A stretch of DNA of 64,000 bases from Epithemia pelagica (taxonomy: Eukaryota > Protista > Bacillariophyta): positions 186,001 through 250,000 of the forward strand of contig OX337235.1 of NCBI GenBank assembly GCA_946965045.2, written 5' to 3'. The notes under the pieces are model-generated. The model did not search any database and was not told the origin of the DNA. It was given only the letters and a program-made list of their open reading frames with translations. This document shows, piece by piece, positions 29,567 to 41,174 of this stretch (the stretch's first letter is position 1; each line of letters starts with the position of its first letter). The position numbers and the translations under genes are program-made.

Positions 29567-30271
29567 CTAGCAGCGAAGATGGAAGTCCAACACAACACAG
29601 AGAACAGAACCTATAATAGAGCTACTTGTAGAAGTTGCTCGGCTGTAGGTTCCTCTGAACGTCACACACATGACTGGACAAGAAAACTGCTCAGTCGGAG
29701 GTAACTCTTCTTGCGCCGACAAAATAGAGAGGAGACAATCGCACCTGTCGCATTGGCCATTTTTTGTTGACGTGTTATTGGTGTGGTTGTGTGCTTCCGA
29801 GTAGACCGACGGATAAGGATAGGGAGTTTGAGTTACTATAGCAGGAATAGTACAACATGGCTTCATGAAGCAATACTACCTGACCTACGATTACCTATCT
29901 TGAACTCATACGGCGGGATCACCAACTTTGTCAATGTAGCAACAAGATCCTTCCTATTGAGGTTGCTTGTTGTCCATATCCGAAAAGTGACTTCCCCCCA
30001 ATGCCTTGTCAGAACAGTTTCGATAATGCTCATCGCGGCATCTACCATCTGATTCTTCCCAGCTACGACACTCTAACATTATCCACCAAGAGAGATCCTC
30101 AGCTATGGATCGCAACGTTGGCGGAGCGAAAAGCGAATTGCGATTTCCCCGAAAAATCCTGGTTCCGCCCCAAAAGGTTCGACGATGATCCAATATGATC
30201 CCCTTCCAACCAAAGACTATGAAACTCCAATAGAGATTGTTAGAAGGCCATGCAACTGTAAACTTGTCCAA
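29567..30271 (-). pseudogene. Possible decayed, inverted member of the 8-Cys family
   Basis: Weak: EELPPTEQFSC...ATSTSSSIIGSVLCVVL resembles the family C-terminus (DEMPGETFRC + hydrophobic tail), and CSDKALGGSHFSD resembles CEKAGGSIHQSD; frames are broken. Confidence 0.3.
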
Positions 30272-30487
30272 AACCGAGTTTGAGCATTCGGAAGAGAACT
30301 GACTCTAAAGGTGGCAGAGACGCAAGTCGGTATGGATCTGGCCATACGCACGTAATCTTTTTCTGTGAGCATTCGGAAGTACTGGCTTCTCAGGTAGGTG
30401 GGAGAGCCGAAAGGGGAGAAGATGGAAAATGATCAGGACGTTGTCATAAAATCAAGTTTCCCACGGAGCTCACTACTCTATCCAAAG

Positions 30488-30580
30488 GTACGAAATGACT
30501 TCAAAAGAAACATCCAAGACTCTCCCAGAAATACACCAACCTGATAACATTGTCATGATCCCTTTTTTACATTTTCACAG
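30488..30580 (+). other. Predicted 5'-UTR intron (93 bp) of paralog 3
   Basis: AAG|GTACGA donor; ttttttacattttcacAG acceptor 21 nt before the ATG. Confidence 0.6.
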
Positions 30581-30601
30581 TTTACTCGTTTCAAAATCAC
30601 C

Positions 30602-31414
30602 ATGGTCTTCTTCAGCAAGTTCGTCGTCGTGGTAGCAACCACTGCTTTCATGCCAACCGTCTCTGCAAAGAAGCGATTGCAACAAGTTTTGGCAAACCGG
30701 GACCTCAAGCGTTCTCTTGACCAGTACCCGCTTCGCCTGGGAGTTGGATCCCCCTTTGGCCGTTTTCATCGTGATCTCAACGCAGATCAGTGCGCAGAGG
30801 ACACTGAGGCTTTGTTTCTGGCCAACCCTGCCCTCCAAGACGCGGATGACAAGGTGTTGGATGAGATTCTAGCCTTGGAAGAGGAACTTTGTACCGACGA
30901 TGTCAATGTTTGTACCATTGACGAAGGCAGTGTCACCTCGGTTCCCCTTTTGCATGAGGCCTGTAGTAACGCAAAGGGAGCACTTTGGGAGTTTGACCTC
31001 GAGATTGATTGTGTTGTGAGAACGATTGCCACGGGCGAAACGCAAGACAAAAGCTTCCATTACTTGAATTCTCCCGAATGTTTGGCTCCCGACACCTGCC
31101 GATTTGTATATGTCGCCGTGGAGTATGAGACATTTGGCGAGGAAGAAGCGGACTTGATTGCATCCACACTTGCTTTAAGCGGAATAACGAGTGCAATTTG
31201 TGAGTCCAATGTGGCCCCTTCCATAAATTGGTTAGATTCCAACTATCAGCAGTGTTGGACAGACAGTTATGCAATGAATCGGGCTTATCCGGCACTTAAA
31301 GAAGCAGAAGACAAGTTTATGGAAGAGCTGTATTTTTGTACAAAGAACTGTACCATCGATGAGAGCAGTCTTCAATCTGCGCCTCTTTACCTGGAGAACG
31401 AAACTACTTCATGA
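30602..31414 (+). CDS. RxL/8-Cys family paralog 3: one full domain plus a truncated second domain, no GPI tail
   Basis: Signal peptide; RDLNADQC; 8 Cys; then QQCWTDSYAMNRAYPALKEAEDK...CTKNCTIDES restarts the domain before TGA. Confidence 0.8.
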   Translation: MVFFSKFVVVVATTAFMPTVSAKKRLQQVLANRDLKRSLDQYPLRLGVGSPFGRFHRDLNADQCAEDTEALFLANPALQDADDKVLDEILALEEELCTDDVNVCTIDEGSVTSVPLLHEACSNAKGALWEFDLEIDCVVRTIATGETQDKSFHYLNSPECLAPDTCRFVYVAVEYETFGEEEADLIASTLALSGITSAICESNVAPSINWLDSNYQQCWTDSYAMNRAYPALKEAEDKFMEELYFCTKNCTIDESSLQSAPLYLENETTS

Positions 31415-31907
31415 CATGTCATGAACAGCTTTCGATAGAGAAATCAAAACTTCCGACCACCGACACTGATCTTTGCCGAGCCTTTCAATGTGTACAACAC
31501 AGTGCAGCTGCCATGCCGATGACTCGGAAGTATCTAAATCCATGGCTCTCTAGGTAGCACCCAAAAATTGCTCCCCTTCTCCAAGCAACGAAACATGTCA
31601 TGAAGTTTTCGAGAGAGAGAAAACGCGAAACTTCCGACCTCTGACACTGTAATCTCTGCGTCTAGCATTGGACGAAGACTAGAGAACTGAGACCTCGCAA
31701 AAACAATAAACCACCTCTTTATCCCCACACAAATTCCAACCTTCCCAATTCAAAAAGTTTACAAGGTAAGAGACAGTGAAATCGCAACGTATCATGAGAG
31801 AAGAAGAATGATTCATGATGAGATCTCCGGGACGATTCTCCCTCATACCAATGCAATTCTTTTCTGTTCCTCTGCTGCCAGTTCGACGTTACAAACACAG
31901 ATTCATC

Positions 31908-32615
31908 ATGGGCATTTTCAGCAAGCTTTTTCTTGTGGTAGCGACCACGGCTCTCGTGCCCAACGTCTCTGCCCACATGCGGATGCGTCGCTTCATGAAC
32001 GAAATGGAACAACCCATGGGTATCATTGAACAAGAGCATCGTGGTCTGGATTCCGATACCGGTGTCGGCGTTGACGAGTGCGCCAACGCCACAGACAAAC
32101 TGTTTGAAGACAATCCAGATGTCGCAACAGCCGATGACAAGGTTTTTGATGAAATTACTGCTTTGGAAGAGGAACTCTGTGGAGAAGGTTGGAGTGACAC
32201 CATGACCGAGTGTATTGTGGACGAAGGCAGTGTCAAATCTGTCCCCGAATTGGAGGCGGCCTGTGGCAACACGGGCGACGGAAAAATGTTTAGTTTGGAT
32301 ACCAAAGTTCGATGCGATGCAACCAATGCCACTTCCAACGTCAAACTTGAATTTGTCAAAGAATACTTGAATTCTCCCGAATGTTCACCCTGTTCGAATG
32401 CTGCCTTGACAGAGGATAATGACGCATATGGCGACTTCGAAGCCACCTTTGTCCAGGGAGAGCTGACGTTGGCAGGTTATAAGGATGTGAGTTGCACTCA
32501 TTCTGGTGCCGTCCGTGGTCCAAAGGAAACGAGTTCTGCTGCCGTTCCGACTGGGGCGATCAGCATGGTCTCGGTCGGAAGTCTCTTGGTGTCTTTTGTG
32601 GCTCTGTTGATTTAG
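31908..32615 (+). CDS. RxL/8-Cys GPI-type surface protein, paralog 4
   Basis: Signal peptide MGIFSKLFLVVATTALVPNVSA (close to paralog 3); RGL; 8 Cys; tail TSSAAVPTGAISMVSVGSLLVSFVALLI. Confidence 0.9.
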   Translation: MGIFSKLFLVVATTALVPNVSAHMRMRRFMNEMEQPMGIIEQEHRGLDSDTGVGVDECANATDKLFEDNPDVATADDKVFDEITALEEELCGEGWSDTMTECIVDEGSVKSVPELEAACGNTGDGKMFSLDTKVRCDATNATSNVKLEFVKEYLNSPECSPCSNAALTEDNDAYGDFEATFVQGELTLAGYKDVSCTHSGAVRGPKETSSAAVPTGAISMVSVGSLLVSFVALLI

Positions 32616-32922
32616 ACGAAAAGTATCTTGAGAAAAATGAATCCAGTACAAAGGTCCTGGAGGAAGATTCAATCTTTTAATAGCAACTGAAAAATAATGA
32701 AAGACGAACGAAAACAAAGACCTCTTCATTGTCCACCTCTTACCGGTAATTACACAGTCCAAGCACCATGCGTTGAATCTTTCCGCTCAAATTTGTATAG
32801 GACCAATGTGTAGTGCTCAACGCATATACAGTTAAGTCTTAAAGCCGAAATGCCACATGTTTGAAACTTTAACTTTAGAAGTACTTCGAGTTAGCTAGTC
32901 TTATGATTATCATTTGAATCTA

Positions 32923-33408
32923 CCGTAAATGTTGGGTCTATTGCACCATCCGTTGATTGACCGGATGCTTTTTACTATAGGTCCAAGTAGTAGGCCTCAA
33001 CGGATTGGTGGTTAATTTTTTGAATCTATAATAGAATAATTCCAGAAATTGCTTGAAAGAATAACTCAAGAACACTATTGAATTGACCGATGGTGAGACC
33101 ATCATTTTAAAGAGCTCGTCACGCGCTTTCCGAATCACTGCGTTTCATTAAGATCGGACCTACCCTTCTAATGTTATATAAGGTCGAAATGTATGCAGTC
33201 AGTTCGTGAAAGATAAGGATTTTTTGGCATGGTCTCTCCCCCCACGCTCTCCACTACAACTATGATTTCTTCTTTATATACCTCTTAGAGCAAGTGGGGC
33301 TCTGTTGGAGGGAAGGGCGGGCGAATTTCTGGCAGACAGGCTCCTTTAGCAGTTAAATCATGCGTTTGGTGCAATAAAGCAATGGTGCAATAGACCCAAC
33401 ATTTACGG
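32923..33408. mobile_element. Tc1/mariner-type MITE (486 bp, 27-bp perfect TIRs, TA TSD)
   Basis: ta|ccgtaaatgttgggtctattgcaccat ... atggtgcaatagacccaacatttacgg|ta; AT-rich non-coding interior. Confidence 0.9.
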
Positions 33409-33953
33409 TACTTCAAAAGAGGATTCGATCCCACCCGGGCTCATCAAAATCCGACTTATCGTTCTCATTTTATGGACGGATGAAACTCTTTGGGGGCATG
33501 CTCGTTTTACGGGTAAATCGTCCGTTTTTTGCACCATTCCAATGGTGCTTGGACTGTGTAATTACCGGTAGGAAAGTGAAAGTGCATTTCAATAAGTCTA
33601 TATGCGACTGCAAAACATTGCCGGCATGACATCCACATGTTTCCGCAATCCCATAAACAAGGATTTTAAATTTTTCCGCATGGCCGAAAAGTTCATTCGC
33701 GTTCACTATACTGAGAGCTGAGAGAGCAATTCCCAGTCGCGTTCGTCCACTTCTCCTTGCATTCCATTGATCTCATAATCTAGAACAATTCCAAAGATTG
33801 CATTCGACAACATTCCAAGGTACGATACCAACAGTTTCAAACAAGAACATGAGCCTTTCGTCCTGAATTGCATGCATTCTTACTTCAAACCATGGTTTTT
33901 CGTTCGAACCACTAAACAGAATCGCTCCAAACTAAAATTTCAGAATCACGATC

Positions 33954-34709
33954 ATGAAGCTCGTTCACAACCTTTGTCTCGGTGCTGTCGTCTTGGTGGC
34001 CATTTCCCGTCATACTGCCAATGGTGCTTCTCCCATTGAGACTGTTCGTACCCAAATCCATCAAGCCTTGAGCGAATGGAACCCAAGCAGCAATCGTCGT
34101 CGTCACGACCGCAACCTTGTCGTCGAGACCGCTGCCTCATTCCAGCACCACGACCAGCGACGTGAGCTCAACTTTGCTCAGTGTCTATCCGATACCAGGG
34201 AGATGTTTGACAACAGTCCTGCTCTTCAGCTCGCCGATGACAAGGTCAAGGACGAAGTCGATACCTTGGAGGATGAGAACTGTGAAGATGGTGATACCCT
34301 CTGTATTGTCGATGAAGGCACGGTCGATTCGGTTCCTCTCTTGAAACAGGCTTGCAAAGCCAACCGGGGTACCATTTATGAGTTTGATCGCAAATTGGAA
34401 TGCCGCTTGACGACTATTGCGACCGGCGAATCCGAAACGATTCGATTCCATTACTTGAATTCGCCCGAATGTTTGGACCCCGACACGTGTACCGCGGCCG
34501 ATGTTGCGGCTGCCTTTGAACAATCGGCCGATGAGGCAATGGCCAATCTCGAAGCCCGTTTTGCTGTGGAGGGACTGTTGAATGTGGATTGTGACTCGGA
34601 TGTGACCCTTTCCAGCACTTCATCCTCGGATGCTGGCATGCTGACTGGCAATGCCATGGTCTCCTTGTTCGGTGGCGCCTTGATGGTCGTTGCTGGTATG
34701 TTGGTCTAG
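33954..34709 (+). CDS. RxL/8-Cys GPI-type surface protein, paralog 5
   Basis: Signal peptide; RRELNFAQC; 8 Cys; FHYLNSPECL shared with paralog 3; tail SSDAGMLTGNAMVSLFGGALMVVAGMLV. Confidence 0.9.
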   Translation: MKLVHNLCLGAVVLVAISRHTANGASPIETVRTQIHQALSEWNPSSNRRRHDRNLVVETAASFQHHDQRRELNFAQCLSDTREMFDNSPALQLADDKVKDEVDTLEDENCEDGDTLCIVDEGTVDSVPLLKQACKANRGTIYEFDRKLECRLTTIATGESETIRFHYLNSPECLDPDTCTAADVAAAFEQSADEAMANLEARFAVEGLLNVDCDSDVTLSSTSSSDAGMLTGNAMVSLFGGALMVVAGMLV

Positions 34710-36273
34710 AGAGGACCTTATTGTGGATAGCCGGTTTCCTGCAGAAAGTCCCTTGAAGACCATGGATATTGGATGAATGACCTTGCAACAGGGGATTTGG
34801 TTTCTTCTGCAGTATATTGTGTCTGGTTAGTAATAAAAGTAATAGGTAACGCATATAGCAAAGAATCTGGTGTTCATTCCGAAATACAGACCTTCCCTAT
34901 GATCCATACTGAGATACTTGTCCTAAACAACACAGAAGGTGACATGATCGAATACAGTCATTGGTCAGCAAATTGCTTGTTGATTCGTTGTCATCAATGC
35001 TGCTGACGGCGAATCACTGGGATCTTGATGTCGATTGTACTCGGTTGATTGTTGAAAGCACTTGAGGTAGCGTTTGTGGTAGTTTTGATTCGTCTTGTTT
35101 CCCCAAGGGAATTCGACATATAGAGGGAAGTAATGTATCAATGATCTCTTGCTGAGTCCAGACTCTGTGAATGACGTGATGTACCAATCTGGTCAAGTCG
35201 ACTTGAACGTGGAAACACCACAGCTCCAAACATGTATAGAAACAAAAGAGGACGAGAATGGGTGGACTCTCTGGAGAGTTTTTTGGCAAGGGGGTCGTGA
35301 GGATTGCGAACACTGTCCCAGCCATGGCACCGCCGTTTTCCTCCGCCAACCTAAGGATGCTGGTGTTCCTTCATTCCCCCCAAACAACAGACCGCCATGG
35401 TCTCTCTTCCCGAAACAGAGGACCATCCATCCGTCCTTTGGCTGTGGTACATGTCGACGTTTCGTGGACTTGTTTGTCTCTCCACTCTCTCGAGTACTAT
35501 ACTACTATCCAGTGAGACGGGCACAATCGCCAGCATCCAAAGTGTTTCTCCCCAACAAAAAAAGAACCATTCTTGTAAACCAAGGACATGGGAAACCTTG
35601 TTGCTCTGGCAGATTGTGCGCAGAGGAGTTTCCGGAATCATGCCTCGATTTTGTCCGCCAAATGTGTGTACCATTTGGCAGCAATGGCGCGCCAAGGGCA
35701 ATCCATACGAATCGTCAAACCGAAGCGGCGTACAAAGACGGAATCCATTCTTGCCCGATGCATCATTCCTAGTGGTGGTGGAGTTGTGGTATGATGCCTC
35801 GTCCGTGGATGTTGATTGGCATGGTTGCGTTCGTCCTCTCCAATTCTGTTTTTGGATTGTCCCAGGCATTACTCTGTCCTCTCCACCGGCATTTTCGAGC
35901 TATAGAGTTCTCTGAGTGGCATTGGCATTGGAGGATTGGTGGGAAATGAGCCCGGGAGGTGCACAGAGAGAGAGCGATTAGAGATTATGGAATTCCCGTT
36001 CGCGACTCGCTTCCGACACAACGGGACTGACTTGTACACTTTGCAGTTACAGTCGACTCCAGCTCGCGACTCGTGCGACTGCCTTCGTCGGAATCTTTGG
36101 GTACCGACCGTCTCATTTTTTCTTCGACTCGCGATACGAGAGTCCATTCGAACGAAAAAGGTTTGATTGCACCTACCTAGGATAAAAACACGAAAAAGTC
36201 CCAAGGACCCCACCAGAATTTCAACTCTGTGGTTTCCAAAGAAAGAAAAAAGTAAACGAAACCACAAACACAC

Positions 36274-37029
36274 ATGTTGTCGTCGTCACCAAGAACCATG
36301 AGAGTGCTAGTTCCTCGTCGTCGTCGTTGTCCCTTTTTAATGGGTCATGGCACTCTGTTGTTTGCCATTTGGGCCGTGGTCTCCGTGTGGATCACGGCCG
36401 TTCCAGGAGTCCGAGCCAACCCTCTGGTGGATCCGCCACACAAGGAGAGGGTGGAGGACCATGACAGTGATGGCGACCAAACGGATCCCTGTGAGACGGC
36501 CACCCAAGCCTTGATGGAGCGTCATCCCGCCTTGCAACAAGCCCAAGTGGCCTCGCATCAAGAATTGCAAGAATTGGAACGCGCCCTCTGTCAAGATACC
36601 GCATCGTCCATTTGTTGGTTGGACGGTCACGAGTTGTGGACGTCTCAGCAATTGCACGAGGCCTGTCAAGCAGCCGGAGGTGTCATTTTGGAATTTGAAT
36701 TGCACGTGACGTGTGACGCTCGTTTGCATACCGGTCAAGCCATGCTGGTCCAATACCACTATCAAAATGTGGACCGATGCATGGCCGCCACGGACGCCGT
36801 TTGTCAAGCCCACCAAGTGGCCCAATCCATGGACCAGCATGCCACAACGACATGGTGGGCCATGGCCATGGAACAAACCATGACCTTTCCCAACCTGGAA
36901 TCCGTCTACTGTCATTCCACTGTCGAACCACAATCTACAACGTCGGCTGCCAATACGACTCGAACCACACCCATGTGGATCCTCCTGTCGTCGTTGTTGC
37001 TGGGAACCACCACCATGGGGTGGATCTAA
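36274..37029 (+). CDS. 8-Cys GPI-type surface protein, paralog 6 (no RxL)
   Basis: Hydrophobic leader LLFAIWAVVSVWITAVPGVRA; C..AT..L...HPAL...ALC..SIC..EAC..GG..VTC..YQN..RC..VC..VYC; tail TSAANTTRTTPMWILLSSLLLG. Confidence 0.85.
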   Translation: MLSSSPRTMRVLVPRRRRCPFLMGHGTLLFAIWAVVSVWITAVPGVRANPLVDPPHKERVEDHDSDGDQTDPCETATQALMERHPALQQAQVASHQELQELERALCQDTASSICWLDGHELWTSQQLHEACQAAGGVILEFELHVTCDARLHTGQAMLVQYHYQNVDRCMAATDAVCQAHQVAQSMDQHATTTWWAMAMEQTMTFPNLESVYCHSTVEPQSTTSAANTTRTTPMWILLSSLLLGTTTMGWI

Positions 37030-37913
37030 CGCGCCTCTCCTCGCCCTCTTGTTGTCGCCCTTGTCGTCGTCCAAACACACACACAATGAGGCGGGAGACT
37101 TTTTGTATCGTATTCGAACGGGGTATATATCTATATATAAATGTGTGTGTGTTGTGGTTGTGGTTGGTTCCTTCGTTTGGATGAGTTTATTGTGTGTAGG
37201 AAACCACACAGCTCACAGAGTGAAATGACAAACGACAAAACTCTGTTCCCCAACAGGGACGGGCCAGAGATCCGCACAGAATGTGGCTTTATGAGGCAAT
37301 CGTAGATATGATCGATACTTTATATTATGTTACTCGCCAACAGGCTTCTTTGTATTCACAACATGTGTTCCTATAATATATTGTAAAACTATAGTAGGAT
37401 TCATCACTTCGAGACTCTTCGCTTCTATTCCGACGACGACAAAGTACTCCAAGAGATGTGTGTGTGTGTGTGTGTGACGATCCAACGGACTGTGTGTTTG
37501 ATCCTCTCTCTACTACTCTATAATGTTCCACAACGGGCCATGGGCATTGGTTGCATACCTTTCCGATGCCAAACCAAAGGACGAGGAGGAGGAGAAGCGT
37601 GTGTGAGGTGATTGTGTGGAGTGGCTCTAATGGTGTTGGCAAATCCTACTACTAGTACCGAATGCGTTCTCGTCGCCGTCGTGTGCCGTCTCCTGTGGGA
37701 CTCGCTCTCTTTCTCCAAGAGGATCCAAACCCGGAACCTATCGAGTGGAAGGAAACCACCACGAGTGTTGGGTGTTCCACAGGCACACAACAAAGGTGCC
37801 CGCTGTTTGGATTGTTGCCACGTCATGGTCCAGAGGCATGACGCTCGGGAGAGACGGGGAATGCTGCCCGTGTTGGTCTGGAGCACGAAACAGGGTGGTT
37901 GTTATTGTGATTG

Positions 37914-38546
37914 TTATTTGGTGGGTGGTTTCGGTGAGTCGTCCGCGTGTGGTTGGTGTTGGTCGTGGTGCCGAATTCGGTTCCACAGGTCGACAGGCCA
38001 TGTTTGGGAATCGTACATCGTTTGGACCAGAGTGGTACTTGGATGCTCGTCCAATGCATCGCGGACAACCGCTTCCCAATGCTGGACAATGTCATTGTCG
38101 TCGTCGTCGTCCTGCAGTTTCATTGGTGGTGGCAAGGGCAAACTGGTAATGTAATTGGGTTGCAAATGCTTGGCGGCAAACAAGGCCGGTCCCACCCACC
38201 AATCCCCTGACGGACCAATGTGCAAAAAATACTCATAATCATTCAAGGTAGGATCCGTGTCGTCACTGGTTCCTGTCGTAGAAGGAGGAATCCCATTGGA
38301 CGACGTCGATGAAGAAGAAACGAACCGTTCTTGGTTTTGTTGGATTGTCCCAATCTCTCGCAAACTTCTTGGTCGTGCCTGGAAACCTAGGGTGATGGAT
38401 GATACTCGATCCCTTCTGCTTCTGCTTCTACGGTTCGGCCAATGACTCCACCACCCATGCGAGCCACAGCTGCTGCTGTACCAACGTCGATTGGACAGTA
38501 ATACTATGGTGGTAGCATTCGTTTGGATCCTCCTCGTCCTCATCAT
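37914..38546 (-). CDS. Hypothetical protein, possibly mitochondrion-targeted
   Basis: Arg/Ser-rich leader from ATG 38546; globular core YEYFLHIGPSGDWWVGPALFAAKHLQPNYITSLPLP. Confidence 0.7.
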   Translation of the reverse strand: MMRTRRIQTNATTIVLLSNRRWYSSSCGSHGWWSHWPNRRSRSRRDRVSSITLGFQARPRSLREIGTIQQNQERFVSSSSTSSNGIPPSTTGTSDDTDPTLNDYEYFLHIGPSGDWWVGPALFAAKHLQPNYITSLPLPPPMKLQDDDDDNDIVQHWEAVVRDALDEHPSTTLVQTMYDSQTWPVDLWNRIRHHDQHQPHADDSPKPPTK

Positions 38547-38972
38547 CCTGGCGTATCTGATGGACGCAAGGATGACTTTCAGAGAGATCCCGATATTATA
38601 GGGACCGTAACGAATGGACGATCGACAGCGGAACTCAAGAAGACAAAAGACGGCCGGTTTGCCGGATTCTTGGTGGCCAAACATATGTGATGACGTATAA
38701 GTCCTATAACAGCGACTTACCTGCGACTAAAAATGAGTGAGTCGACGGACAAATAGAGCGACCGAGGAGCGACACGATATCCAAAAGATCTGCATGCCTG
38801 GATTTTCGTTCCTCGCAATGAGAGGAACCACACAGAAGAAAAGAGCGAACAAAAGATAACAACGACAGTCTCTCCTCCCATTATTCTATAGAAAAGAAAA
38901 GGACAGAACACCAAGAACAAGGCAGACGCCCCTATGATTGTTTACTCGTAGTGTCTCGACGAACACATCACA

Positions 38973-40313
38973 ATGAAACGTACCGAACGAAGAAGACGGA
39001 CGAGACTGGCACGAATTCCGTTGGGGGCGGCCGCCGGGGTTGTCGTACTACTTCTAATGGCTGGCAGGACGACACGGTCCACTGCCTGGTCACTTCTCCC
39101 CTCTTGGAGGGTACCACACTCTGGTAGATTGATCTTTTCCAGAACAACGACAAGAACTACAAGTCGATCGTTGTCGTGGTCGCCACACAATTATGAACCA
39201 TCCCAATCCTCCTCCTCCCAACCAAACAACAACAATGAGGAAGCCCCCTCCGACAACACTTCACCACCACAGGCTCCATCATCATCCTCATCATCATCAT
39301 CATCCTCTTTTTATGCCTCCTTTTCCTATTCGTCCTCCTTTTCCTATGCTACCAGTTCGCAACCAGATGCTCCTTCGTTGGCATCTCCCGGTGTTCCACA
39401 ACCATCGCAACGACTTGCAGAAGAAGAAGAAGAAGAAGCCCAAGAATTCGAGACGATTCAAAAAATGAAGACATTTTTACAACACCATGAGCCATGGATC
39501 CCCTTGTTTCGTCAACTCATCTCCGAATCAACAACCAGAACACGACAAAGTAGTCGTGGTGTGCCCGATTCCACCTTTGTGGCGTTGCTCCAACAAGAAC
39601 CATCATCATCATGGTCCACTAGCACTAGCACGAGCACAACTCCTCCCTCGTCCAGTGCTGGTCTCCCCACTCTTCTTGGTAAATCGGCTTCTCCTCCACC
39701 CATTCCTCAAACGGAATCGGATCGGACCGTTTTGAATCAATTCTTGACGGCCAGTCATCAAGCCTTATTGGATATTCCTGTTCAAGAAACGTATGAAAAA
39801 CCACAACAACAATCATCCAAACCACCACCAGCACCTCCCTCGTCCTTGTTTGAGGTGCCCACGGACCGAACTCAACCACTACAAGACAATCACAACAACA
39901 ATAAGGACGAGGACGACGACTTTGACGAATACGACGATTGGTTTGTCCAAGAAGGCAAACGGCTCTTGGCCTTGACGCGCTTTCCCATTGTCTCGTGGTT
40001 TGACACGGCAACAAATGACAATACGAATACGATCGAGCAGCGCATTTTGGAAACGTGTTGGACCGAAGTGTGGGAATTGGTGCACGCCCAACAAGCCCAT
40101 ACCGGATCGGTCATTATACTCACCGAACCGCCCGTGGAAGGACATGTTCCGACAACAAGTACTACTACTACTAACACAGTATCCTCCTTGTCGCAATTGC
40201 AAGAGCAACTGGACATGAACTTGATGCAACCCTTGACCTGGATGGGATTGCATGGCGATGTCGAAGTGTCGGTTGTGGCACGGGGCGGAGGTCACCCCAC
40301 AACCCAACCAGAC

Positions 40314-40345
<32 letters not shown>

Positions 40346-40547
40346 AACGACGACGACGACGACAGCGACCTCGTTGCCACCCACACCACTCATGTGGGCC
40401 ATTCGCATCTTTTATCAATTGACGCTCTCCTTTGGCGCCCCCAGCAACGACGAGAACAACGACAACCAGGACCACCCAGCGAGTAGTAGTAGTAGTTCGC
40501 AGGAGGCTGGCGGTGCAGCATCCTCCGTCGTGTCCATTCTCGAATAA
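38973..40547 (+). CDS. Hypothetical protein with possible bipartite targeting leader (524 aa)
   Basis: Long ORF; hydrophobic stretch then STA-WSLL and a Ser/Thr/Arg-rich segment; globular C-terminal blocks; poly-S/E/T tracts. Confidence 0.75.
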
Positions 40548-41174
40548 AGTACAAGAACAAGGACCAAACTACGTGAGAGAGATTCTTCTCACAAAAAAAA
40601 CACAACACTTGTAAACATTGTGCGAATCACAAGAATAAGAAGAATGCTATATGCTATTTTTGTATGCCCATCTCTCTCTCTATACACCAAAAAGCATCAT
40701 CACCACCACCAACAACAACATCAACTTGCGTTTTTTTTTTCCTTTCCGTACCGAACACGGAAATTCACACGTCCTCAAGAGTGAATGATGGAAAAAGAGA
40801 GAGAGAGAGAGTTACGCTTTGCTTTGCGTGTGGCCCGCTGGAACGAGACACGACCATAACAACAAGAAGATGGCCATTTCAGTGCCACCAATGTCAAGCG
40901 TTCTCACAATGTCCAAATAGAATGTGGGATTGTGCGAATGATTGTCTCGTGTGCCCGCATTGCTCTCGTCTCTCACCTGTGTGTGTGTGTGTGTGTGTAG
41001 TGTTTGTGTTCCAAACCATCCTTTCGCCGCCGTTTCTTGTCTTGGAGGGAGAGAGAGAGAGTAATGCGACTATAAGAAGGACAAGTCACTCACGCAGGTG
41101 TTTTTGGTGTATTCGAGAAAGTGTCGCAACGTCTCCCATGGTTGGAGCAACGGCAGTAAGAGTAGTGGTACAAA

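Noticed and set aside
35014-35869. Minus-strand ORF pieces with faint GNAT-, Nudix- or His-phosphatase-like words
   Set aside because: The motifs are incomplete, lie in different frames and point to different families.
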